A stretch of DNA of 64,000 bases from Candidatus Kaiserbacteria bacterium (GTDB lineage: Bacteria; Patescibacteriota; Minisyncoccia; Phycocordibacterales; UBA918). The notes under the pieces were generated by a model. That model searched no databases, had not been told where the DNA came from, and saw only the letters and a program-made list of their open reading frames with translations. Position 1 is the stretch's first letter; each line of letters starts with the position of its first letter. Positions 20,627-29,149 of this stretch are shown here, one piece after another. The DNA lies in contig JANPCG010000012.1 in NCBI GenBank assembly GCA_031430855.1, positions 496-64,495 of the forward strand, given 5' to 3'. A program made the translations under genes and the position numbers.

Positions 20627-21589
20627 ATGAACACCTATTTTTTTAATAAAGGTATAAGTGTATTTCTCCCACTTTCTATAATCGGATTGACGTTTGTCAT
20701 GATGGGTTCCAATACTACGCAGTGGACCCTCCTCTTAATGATGGTGTTTACCTTGGGCTATACGCACTATTTTATTGGTGGATATTATCAAATAAAAGGT
20801 TTTTTGCGACATGAAAAGGCGGTTCGTTTAATGGCCGCTTTTGTTGTCTGTGTGATTTTTTCCGCCTTTTTGATTACTGTGGCACAGGTGTACGGATATA
20901 TGTGGTTAGTGGCATTTTTTGCCATTCCCTATTTTATGTTACATGGCTATTTTAATGAGATTACCCTCTTCGAGAAAAGTAGTGCCCTCTTTGTACCGCG
21001 AGGAATATTCCTGTCCGGAAGTTTGTTTTTTACCGGGCTCACGATGTTTGCGTTTACGCATCCTAGTGCCTACTTTGGTTATGATTTATCTTTTCTGTCA
21101 CCATTTGAGATAGCCTTCCAGCAAAGCGTACAGACCGTCAGTCTATTAATCGGGGATGCGTTAGCTGTTACGTTACTCGTAATGGGGGTTTTTGTAGCTT
21201 CGTATTATTTGTATACCGAGCGCCAGTATCGAAGTTTTCTTTTCATGTTGTTATTAATAGAGCTTGTAGCCATTAGTCTGGTGACTCTGGGACGTCCGAA
21301 TTATACGTACTTTTTCTTCCTCCTTTTGTCGTATCACTTTACTACCTGGGCCTTATTTTATGGTCAGCAGTTTTATACACGATCAACCAAAGCGTTTTTT
21401 CGGTATATCATTTTTCATGTGATTATTGTGAGTGGTGCCATTTTTGGCTATTGGTTGTTTGCGTATCTTGGTATTAAAAATCCATCCATCCTTGTCTTTA
21501 ATGGTAATGTCTTTCTATTTCTCACTATGGTACATATCACATCCTCGTTTTTAAATGATGCATGGTGTAGAAGGCTGCTTGGTACTTAG
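20627..21589 (+). CDS. Multi-pass membrane protein with His residues in TM segments
   Basis: Many hydrophobic segments; GYTHY, LHGYFNE, SYHFTTW, VHITSS. Confidence 0.8.
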   Translation: MNTYFFNKGISVFLPLSIIGLTFVMMGSNTTQWTLLLMMVFTLGYTHYFIGGYYQIKGFLRHEKAVRLMAAFVVCVIFSAFLITVAQVYGYMWLVAFFAIPYFMLHGYFNEITLFEKSSALFVPRGIFLSGSLFFTGLTMFAFTHPSAYFGYDLSFLSPFEIAFQQSVQTVSLLIGDALAVTLLVMGVFVASYYLYTERQYRSFLFMLLLIELVAISLVTLGRPNYTYFFFLLLSYHFTTWALFYGQQFYTRSTKAFFRYIIFHVIIVSGAIFGYWLFAYLGIKNPSILVFNGNVFLFLTMVHITSSFLNDAWCRRLLGT

Positions 21590-21641
21590 CTAGAGGGATA
21601 ACTATATTTTAAAATACGTGGTGGCGTTATACTATTTATAT

Positions 21642-22454
21642 ATGCCACCAAATCAAGATGAACCAATTGTGTACGAAAAAAAACCAACGTCCCCTGTAGC
21701 CAAGGTTGTCCTTGGTCTTATGATTGGATTTATAGTATTAGTCTGTGTAGGTTTTATTCTTACACAAACTACCAAAAATACCGATGTGCCGACTCCTGTC
21801 GTTGATGATCCAGAGGCGCAGCTGCAAGCAGAAATTGCTCGGATTAAAGCTGAGGCAGAAGGAAAACCTTTTGTCTTTACGGCTGTGTCTGACGCACTTA
21901 ATCAAATTTCACTCCCACCCCCACCTTCAAGCAATGACAATGATGCAACAGTATATGCACAACTAAAAGCAACAACGACAGTATCCGAGGCAGTAGTGCA
22001 GGATGATGTGGTTTTTAATCTTGCGCCTCTTGGTATCTCATATATTGATTATCTCAATAACCTTGATAATCCAAGTGAAATTTACCAACTTACCGACGAA
22101 TTACATCAATTAACGTTAGCTTTAAACGAAAAGTATAAACGACCGCCGTTAGCAGAAAGAATTCAGGGAGTGATTCAAATAGCGCCACTTGATACAATTG
22201 TGGCAGGTAATGAAACCCCCTCGGTGTATCCAAGTATCCGAGCGGTTGATGCTTTTTTGGCGCTTGAAATTATGGCACGCATCGATCCTGAGAATGCTGC
22301 TCTTTATGAGGCTGCAACTATGGGTGTTATTAATCGGGGAATCGGCTATGGGCTGTATGGACAAAGTGATGTCGATGCTGCACGGTCGCTCGTAACACAG
22401 TATATGAATATCTACGCAGCCTCTTCGACTGAAGCGGTAACAGATAAAAATTAA
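21642..22454 (+). CDS. Membrane-anchored PAP2/class A acid phosphatase-like protein with degenerate active site
   Basis: N-terminal TM; NEKYKRPP, YPSIR and NRGIGYGLYGQSD line up with KxxxxRxRP, PSGH and SRxxxGxHxxSD. Confidence 0.6.
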   Translation: MPPNQDEPIVYEKKPTSPVAKVVLGLMIGFIVLVCVGFILTQTTKNTDVPTPVVDDPEAQLQAEIARIKAEAEGKPFVFTAVSDALNQISLPPPPSSNDNDATVYAQLKATTTVSEAVVQDDVVFNLAPLGISYIDYLNNLDNPSEIYQLTDELHQLTLALNEKYKRPPLAERIQGVIQIAPLDTIVAGNETPSVYPSIRAVDAFLALEIMARIDPENAALYEAATMGVINRGIGYGLYGQSDVDAARSLVTQYMNIYAASSTEAVTDKN

Positions 22455-22457
22455 TTT

Positions 22458-23480
22458 ATGATTTATTCCTTAAAAAAACAAACGCCAGTTTTTATTCTCC
22501 TGAGCTGTCTGCTTGGTGTTCTCGTAATGAGTTCTCCTGTTTTTGCTGGTGGAGGAGCTAGTAGTGGGGGTAGTGGAGGTAGTGGAGGTTTTAGCAATGG
22601 CGGCACTAGGGTTGTAGGCGGTGCTACAGCGGTAGGAAATTGGAGTAGTGCAAACCGAATTTCAAATAGTGTAGCGGAGTATAACAATAACAATAATTCT
22701 AGACCAGGAGGAACGTGGGAAGCAAGAACTTCCTATAACCCAAGTACGGGTACGTACACCTCAAGCGCTGTATTCACTCGTGAATCATCTGGTGGCAACG
22801 GTGGTGGAAATACTTTTACGCCAATTCGAACTACTCCCCCAGGTGGTGGTACTCCACCCTCACCACCTCCACCTCCACCTCCACCTCCAGTCCCACCGAC
22901 ACTCAGTTTGGCAGCAGAAGTTAATGACGCTCGTGACTACAACGCAAACACAACAATTCGTGTGGCACCGAGTGATAAAATAGATTTGACATGGAACTCT
23001 ACCAGAGCTACTACGTGTACCAATAACTTTGGTGGTACGGGTCTCAATAACACAATTGCCATTAATCCAAACGCCATCGTACCGGGGACATCACGCTTAT
23101 TCCAAATGTTGTGTTCGGGAGCAGGGGGGAGTATTGCGCGCATGATTACAGCTGAGGTGCCTGGTGTAGTAATAAATCTAACAGCCGATAAAAATTTAGT
23201 CCGGTATGGTGAAACGGTCACGTACACATGGACGGTTGCGCTCAGTTCACCTTTGTCGAGCGTACCAAGTACGACACCGTATCCAATGAACTGTGTCCTA
23301 AGCGGGGGAGCAAACACAACCTTTAATGCGACGACAGAACCAACGGGAAGTATTACATCAGAAGCACTCACGAACTCTAGGCAGACTACACTTACGTGTA
23401 CTGAAACAGCAGCTGGTACTGGCTATCGGGTGAGTGATTCAATTATTATTGAAATCATTCCGCGATCAGAAGAGACCTAA
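22458..23480 (+). CDS. Secreted Gly/Ser/Pro-rich surface protein with beta-rich Cys-containing domains
   Basis: Signal peptide, GGS repeats, poly-Pro linker, LTWNS..ATTC repeats. Confidence 0.8.
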   Translation: MIYSLKKQTPVFILLSCLLGVLVMSSPVFAGGGASSGGSGGSGGFSNGGTRVVGGATAVGNWSSANRISNSVAEYNNNNNSRPGGTWEARTSYNPSTGTYTSSAVFTRESSGGNGGGNTFTPIRTTPPGGGTPPSPPPPPPPPPVPPTLSLAAEVNDARDYNANTTIRVAPSDKIDLTWNSTRATTCTNNFGGTGLNNTIAINPNAIVPGTSRLFQMLCSGAGGSIARMITAEVPGVVINLTADKNLVRYGETVTYTWTVALSSPLSSVPSTTPYPMNCVLSGGANTTFNATTEPTGSITSEALTNSRQTTLTCTETAAGTGYRVSDSIIIEIIPRSEET

Positions 23481-23534
23481 TTATTTTTCTGAAAGAAGAG
23501 TAAAAGTCACCATATTGGTGGCTTTTTATGTCTA

Positions 23535-24107
23535 TTAAGATAGTTTTTGGAGTGCTTTCCGAACGACGCTACTCGTTGATTCAGTAATATCTAATTCTTC
23601 TAATGCCCGCCTGATGTTTATTGGGTTATATCCCAACGTGAGGAGGGTATCAAATACATCATTATAAGCGCTGATATTTTGTTCGGTGTTTGGGGCGGCT
23701 GCAACAAACGTGAGGGTTTCAACCTTGTCTTTGAGTTCGGTGACAATTTTTTCAGCTGTCTTCCTCGTGATGCCAGAGAGTTTATGTAAATGTGCCGCGT
23801 CACCCAAATTCACTGCTTCGAGGATAAGGGTAACGTCAGCCGCGTCTAATATTTGGATAGCAGACTTTGGTCCAATTTTTGAAATTCCGAGCAAAAGTTC
23901 GAAACAGTCAAGTTCAATTTCGGTTAAAAACCCATATAAATCAAGGGCGTTTTCACGGACAGCGAGGTGAGTATGAAGGGTAATCTGATCTCCAGAAATA
24001 ATCCCTGATTTTTTGGTGGTCCGTACTAAGTACCCGAGATTATTGCACTCAAGAACAACCCCCTGAGGGGTGACGCGCACGACAATACCGGAAATGAGCC
24101 GAATCAT
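23535..24107 (-). CDS. ruvA: Holliday junction branch migration protein RuvA
   Basis: VRENALDLYGF, IGPKSA, KTAEKIVTELKDK, L..LGY. Confidence 0.95.
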   Translation of the reverse strand: MIRLISGIVVRVTPQGVVLECNNLGYLVRTTKKSGIISGDQITLHTHLAVRENALDLYGFLTEIELDCFELLLGISKIGPKSAIQILDAADVTLILEAVNLGDAAHLHKLSGITRKTAEKIVTELKDKVETLTFVAAAPNTEQNISAYNDVFDTLLTLGYNPINIRRALEELDITESTSSVVRKALQKLS

Positions 24108-24199
24108 AGTATGAGCATTGTACCCCAATTAAGGCTTCTGCCCCAGAGGTTGATTTTTTTTTATAAATACGGTACAGTTCCCTAACTTAAATATATTAT

Positions 24200-24469
24200 A
24201 TGGCAATTACCAGAGGAGCAAAAAAAGCAGTACGTAGTAGTGACCGCAAGCGCGTTTACAACATCCGTACTACGAGCGCAATGCGTGACGTGGTTAAAGA
24301 TATCAAAAAAGCAATTGTAGCCGGCAACGGAGCTGAAGCAAAAACGATGCTCCCTGCCGCGTACAAAGCGATTGACAAAGCAGCCAAGCGTGGAGTTATC
24401 AAAGATAACACCGCAGACCGAAAAAAGTCTCGACTCTCAGCCGCTATCAAAAAGGCAACGGCAAAGTAA
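24200..24469 (+). CDS. rpsT: 30S ribosomal protein S20
   Basis: AKKAVR, IDKAAKRGVIKDNTADRKKSRL. Confidence 0.97.
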   Translation: MAITRGAKKAVRSSDRKRVYNIRTTSAMRDVVKDIKKAIVAGNGAEAKTMLPAAYKAIDKAAKRGVIKDNTADRKKSRLSAAIKKATAK

Positions 24470-24500
24470 CAAAAAAGACCCCGAGGGGGTCTTTTTTGTT
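24468..24500 (+). terminator. Terminator after rpsT
   Basis: AACAAAAAAGACCCC-GAG-GGGGTCTTTTTTGTT. Confidence 0.85.
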
Positions 24501-24559
24501 GAGTTAGAGGGAGATTCTTTATCCTAATGAAATTATTCCTCTAGTCTAAAATATTATCC

Positions 24560-24729
24560 AAAAACGAGAAGGGAGATTCGGTCGTTAACACGACCAGTAC
24601 CCCAATTGGATAGTTTACCTCGCTTCGCTCCCAAACTATCTCAATCGGGCTTCGAATCTCCCTCTCTCGCGCAAAATACAACAAAACCCAAACAAGGCTC
24701 AAGCTTTGTTTGGGTTTTGGTATTTGCGG
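24560..24729 (-). repeat. tRNA-Ser trailer element displaced by the island
   Basis: Long hairpin; 18-nt inverted copy of the tRNA-Ser 3' end (24651-24668); GAGCGAAGCGA-loop hairpin; partial sense copy (24566-24580). Confidence 0.8.
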
Positions 24730-24871
24730 GCTAGGTGAGTTAAGTACCCCCATGCTCAAGCCTTGTAAGGGTATTCTAGCACTTTTAGGGTAGGTCGATT
24801 TAGGTACGTGGGTCGGGGTCTGTGTATCGGAAAGGACGGCTCTTTTGCTCAGAATGAGACAAATGAGACAC

Positions 24872-25546
24872 CTACGCGTATTTGCCACCTCCTGTCTCGT
24901 CTGGGGCTATATAGAAGTCTATACGGGTCGCACCACTGTCACCGACAGGATCGTCAAAGGAGACAATCGGAGGCTTTCCCCTCGCTGAGTATTCAAGGGT
25001 TCTAAAGAGGTATCCAAGGTAGGATCCGGTATAGCGGTACCTGAGCATACATCCGACAATATGAGCGGTAACCTCATCAGGGTAGCCCTTCCACTTGTAT
25101 ATCTGAGGATAGAGATCCATCCAGTCATTCACGACATACGTCACCCATGTCACCAGTTCATCCCGAGCGCAGGTATTACCTTTCTGTGCTAACCGCACTA
25201 ACGACACAGTCATCTTGTTACAAATCTCCTTATCCTTGCCATCACTCCGAACGATAAACAGATAGAGCTTGTCTTTGTATTTAGCGAGGACTTTATCAAC
25301 TTCTTCCTGCTTCTCATAGAAACGAATCTTTTTGCACTTATACCGTACCCACTTCTTCTGGTACCTGCGGTCCAGCTGTTCCGTAATCGCATCCCAATCG
25401 GGAGTATCTTGCTCAGTTCTGAAGTGTTTGGTAACGCACAGGTAGACTGGCTGGGACTGTTTAAAAATCCACGAACTCGTAAATGTCTCTGGATTATGTG
25501 ACGCTAGGAGGTCATTGAGTTTTTGGATTGCGGTATGTATTTCAAT
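24872..25546 (-). CDS. Hypothetical protein (224 aa) with apparent ATT start; C-terminal part loosely sigma-factor-like
   Basis: Frame is open 111 codons upstream of the tracked ATG (25213) to ATT at 25546; TATACT lies 6 nt upstream and an in-frame TAA shortly before. Confidence 0.6.
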   Translation of the reverse strand: MEIHTAIQKLNDLLASHNPETFTSSWIFKQSQPVYLCVTKHFRTEQDTPDWDAITEQLDRRYQKKWVRYKCKKIRFYEKQEEVDKVLAKYKDKLYLFIVRSDGKDKEICNKMTVSLVRLAQKGNTCARDELVTWVTYVVNDWMDLYPQIYKWKGYPDEVTAHIVGCMLRYRYTGSYLGYLFRTLEYSARGKPPIVSFDDPVGDSGATRIDFYIAPDETGGGKYA

Positions 25547-25950
25547 GGAAATAGTATATCGAATTTTTTATAGCTGTGGAAAACTATTTCAAAATCAGGT
25601 GTACGGAGAAACCCTTATTTCGTATGTCTATTATCGCTGAAATAATTATAACCCTCCTGATAATAAAACAGTGAAAAACTGCGATTATAACACTGCCTAA
25701 CTTTTGTAATCTTTGCTAGGGTATTAATGCAGGTACGCTTGCGCAAAGATATACGCACGGATTGTCTAAGTGCAGTTAATGAAGACAATGGTGTATACGC
25801 CTCATATGGTGAGGAGTTTGAATACCAAATATAACCTTGATTCCAACGTGAAAGGAATCAAAACAATTTTTAGAGCAACCGATATCGGACTGAGTTGCTC
25901 GCATAATACCTAACTGCAAAAGACACACTTAATAATTAAGTGATTTTGCC

Positions 25951-27315
25951 ATGTCCAATGAAACAACAACGCTGGGAAACGAGCGTGATCTTAAGATCGA
26001 ATACGTTTCCATCTCGGAACTAACGTCACCAGAATACAACCCTCGGTTCTGGAGTGAAGAAAATAAGGAAGAACTTAAACAAAGCATTATTCGCTATGGA
26101 GTGGTAGATCCACTTCTGGTAAATAGTGCAGAAGAACGAAAAGGAATTGTGATTGGAGGAAACTTCAGACTCAGTGTCTTGAAGGAACTTGGTCACGATA
26201 CAGTACCAGTTGTATATATCTCCATCCCTGAACTCGAAAAAGAAAAGGAGCTGTGTCTTCGATTGAACAAAAACCAAGGTGAGTGGAACATGGAACTCCT
26301 GGCTCAATTCGATGAGACGTTCTTGTCTGACCTCGGCTTTGATTCAACAGAGCTCGATAAAGTTTTTGAAGAAGACGACAACGAAGAACAGTTTGACCTG
26401 AAGAAAGAATTGGAGAAAGTCGGTATTGATAATATTACCGTAGAGAAAGGTGACGTCTACGATCTCGATGGGTCACGCCTTATGTGCGGAGACTCCACTA
26501 TCGAAGCAGACATGCTCAAGCTATGTGGCGAACACAAGATAGATATGGTCATGACTGATCCGCCGTACATCCTCGATTATCTTCACGGCAAGACCAAGAA
26601 AGATGGAGAAGCTGTGACCGGCTTTGGTGCCAAGAAGAATCGTCGCTACCTTGAGACTGATGTATTGCCTGATAACTTCACGGAGTTATGGATGGATAAC
26701 GTGGTGAAGGTACAAAATGAGAACTTCTCAATTATCGTCTATGAGAACTGGAAGAATATTCGTACCGTTTGGGACGAGCTTGAAAAGCATTGGAAGGTAC
26801 GCAATATGCTCGTCTGGCATTTACCGAATCGTAACCAAGGATATGCGGGAAAGCTTAAGTTCTTCTCCAAGTACGACATCGCCATGGTTGCTACTTCAAC
26901 TGAAGAAACCGTGCCTGATGTTGAAACTGAGGATATCGAACTTGTTCAAAACGAGTACGATACCGCACTCTTTGCTATCTCTGGAAAACCGCAATGGGAG
27001 GGTTATCAGAAAGGATCAAAGTACTGCCCGACTGACTTCATTGAGTACAACGCTTCCGATGAGAAGTCGTCTGGTCAAGGAATCATCTTTGGCACGAAGC
27101 CAATTCAGATATTGATTCCGTATATCAAGATACTTACTAAACGAGACCAATTAGTATTGGAACCTTTTGGTGGTAGTGGCTCAACTCTGATTGCCTCAAC
27201 GAAACTAAGTCGGCGTTGCTTCATCATGGAAAAGTCTCCTGTCTATGCAGAGGTGATTCTTAATCGCTGGGAAAAGCTGACAGGAAAGAAGCGAGTTAAG
27301 GTCAATCATGAGTAG
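25951..27315 (+). CDS. ParB-like domain fused to N6/N4 DNA methyltransferase (phage-type)
   Basis: YNPR...SI..YG.VDP, GGNFRL; TDPPY; EPFGGSGST. Confidence 0.9.
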   Translation: MSNETTTLGNERDLKIEYVSISELTSPEYNPRFWSEENKEELKQSIIRYGVVDPLLVNSAEERKGIVIGGNFRLSVLKELGHDTVPVVYISIPELEKEKELCLRLNKNQGEWNMELLAQFDETFLSDLGFDSTELDKVFEEDDNEEQFDLKKELEKVGIDNITVEKGDVYDLDGSRLMCGDSTIEADMLKLCGEHKIDMVMTDPPYILDYLHGKTKKDGEAVTGFGAKKNRRYLETDVLPDNFTELWMDNVVKVQNENFSIIVYENWKNIRTVWDELEKHWKVRNMLVWHLPNRNQGYAGKLKFFSKYDIAMVATSTEETVPDVETEDIELVQNEYDTALFAISGKPQWEGYQKGSKYCPTDFIEYNASDEKSSGQGIIFGTKPIQILIPYIKILTKRDQLVLEPFGGSGSTLIASTKLSRRCFIMEKSPVYAEVILNRWEKLTGKKRVKVNHE

Positions 27316-27862
27316 ACTTCATGAAAAATCTAAAATCCTTCAAATACTCAGTGAGACACCACTGGTATCTTTGTCGTGCAAGAAGATTGGGGTGTCGCGA
27401 GCCACCTATTACCGCTGGTACAAAGATGACAAGAGCTTCCGAGATCAGGCGGATCAAATACTGGATATCGGCAGAAAGAATATAAATGATTTGGCTGAAC
27501 AATCACTCATCAAAGAGATAGCAAAAGGTAACATGGTGGCTGTACGCTTTTGGCTCCAGCACAATGATAAAAGATATGTACCTATCAGAACTACGTATGT
27601 ACCTCCTACAAATCACTTCCATAGATTAAATGTTGGAGAAGTTTGTTCGACGTGTGGTTATAGAGAAAAGGATCCAAAAGAACTTACATTGATTGCTAAC
27701 CACTCTGACGAACTCAAGGAAATAGAAACGGTTAAAAAGATGAGTAGAAAAGAACTTCATAAGAAGATTCTTGAAAAGAAAGCTATATTGCCAAGTAAAG
27801 AGCTGACCCAATATATGAACGAATTGTATAAGCGCAATAACCCAAGTGGTTATGACCTGTAG
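27308..27862 (+). CDS. HTH protein resembling a terminase small subunit
   Basis: SCKKIGVSRATYYRW..DD..F, AE..L...I..GN..AVRFWL. Confidence 0.65.
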   Translation: MSRLHEKSKILQILSETPLVSLSCKKIGVSRATYYRWYKDDKSFRDQADQILDIGRKNINDLAEQSLIKEIAKGNMVAVRFWLQHNDKRYVPIRTTYVPPTNHFHRLNVGEVCSTCGYREKDPKELTLIANHSDELKEIETVKKMSRKELHKKILEKKAILPSKELTQYMNELYKRNNPSGYDL

Positions 27863-27880
27863 TAATGGCTCAACATGAAC

Positions 27881-28135
27881 TTATTTAATTAAGATTAAAA
27901 ACAATAGGATAAATATAGTAACGAGGACTAAAGTAGTTACTTTTAGTAAAGTCTTAATGCTGAGTAAAGTGGCAACTGATTCAATTGACTTAGACTTAAT
28001 ATCTTCGATAACATCAAACAAAGTGTCGGTTGTAAATCCTTGTGTTAAGTTACGTTCAATGTTCGAAAGTCTGCCAACATCTTCTGAGATGGATAAAAGG
28101 AGTTCTTTCTCGGTGTACTGTTCAATATTTTTCAT
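27881..28135 (-). CDS. Small protein with C-terminal TM helix
   Basis: 84 aa, hydrophobic C-terminus, preceded by a structured leader. Confidence 0.6.
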   Translation of the reverse strand: MKNIEQYTEKELLLSISEDVGRLSNIERNLTQGFTTDTLFDVIEDIKSKSIESVATLLSIKTLLKVTTLVLVTIFILLFLILIK

Positions 28136-28139
28136 AAAT

Positions 28140-28330
28140 CTTTGGACGGATTTTGTTGATAATGCGGACTAGGCAGGTAGCAAAAAGCTCCTAACCAGGC
28201 CGACACACCCCGTGAGGTATGCCCATACCAGTTTCCCAGTATGACCGTCCAAAGTAGCTCTGATTAGGAGTTCTTTACTTTGGACAGATTTGCGACCATA
28301 TCCTCAAGCGAACTTGAGGGGTTAGGTCTA
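28140..28330 (-). ncRNA. C4-antisense-like cloverleaf regulatory RNA or leader
   Basis: Closing stem 28182-28198/28260-28276, two inner hairpins, and a loop segment complementary to both flanks. Confidence 0.45.
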
Positions 28331-28437
28331 TATATTCAGTTGTTCTACGATGACAATAATAGCAAAAATATCGCTATCAGTCAGTACCTTAGCTTAGATT
28401 CCGAGCCTTGCGAAGGGGTCTGTTGCCAACACCTTAT

Positions 28438-29145
28438 CTAGCAAACCGTTGAGCCAATTGTCTCAAGTTTCTCCTTCACCTTCTCCCATTTAGGGAACTT
28501 CTGATCAAGGAAGGTAAAGAATCTTTTATCGTGATTCTTATACTTCATATGGCAGAGTTCGTGAACGATAACGTAGTCGATACAGTCCTTTGAAGTGTGA
28601 ATCAGTTTAGGGTTGAGGAATATCTTGTCTTGGTTCAAGAAACTACCCCAACGCTTCTTCATTTCTCGAATAGATAGCTTCGGCGTACTCTTGAAATCAA
28701 AGCGAGTAAGCATCTCGGTAAACCTATCTTGAAAGATGAGGTTAGTTTTCTCTGCAAACCAATTCTCGATAAGCTTCTTGTTGTGTTTGCCGTCGGTAAC
28801 TGATTTTGTTGTGAGAACAACGAGTTGACCTCGGGTAAGCGAAACAGAATCCTCTCTAGCTTTTCGAACAATGAGTTTGTATTGTCTACCGAGGTATAGG
28901 TATCCCTCGCCTGACACATATTCTTTTTCGTACATCTTTCGCTGGTACTTCTTAAAGAACGAAAGTTGCTTCTCTAGCCAGAACCACTTCTTTTGGAGAA
29001 AGGCTTCAATTCTTTCGCCTTCAGCTTTGAGGGGACACTTTACGATAATGCGTAAATCTGGAGTAACCGTGAGGCTCAGCGTTTTACGGTCTTGTTTAAT
29101 AAGTTGATATTCGTATATGAATGTTCCGAAGATAAATTCCTTCAT
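28438..29145 (-). CDS. M48/YgjP (SprT-like) metallopeptidase associated with type I RM
   Basis: RKTLSLTV, KRWGS, IDYVIVHELCH..NH..F; follows hsdR. Confidence 0.9.
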   Translation of the reverse strand: MKEFIFGTFIYEYQLIKQDRKTLSLTVTPDLRIIVKCPLKAEGERIEAFLQKKWFWLEKQLSFFKKYQRKMYEKEYVSGEGYLYLGRQYKLIVRKAREDSVSLTRGQLVVLTTKSVTDGKHNKKLIENWFAEKTNLIFQDRFTEMLTRFDFKSTPKLSIREMKKRWGSFLNQDKIFLNPKLIHTSKDCIDYVIVHELCHMKYKNHDKRFFTFLDQKFPKWEKVKEKLETIGSTVC

Positions 29146-29149
29146 ATGA

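Noticed and set aside
24651-24668. 18-nt tRNA-Ser match as a classical attR direct repeat
   Set aside because: It is inverted relative to the tRNA and belongs to the trailer element; the shared core is GCGG at 24726-24729
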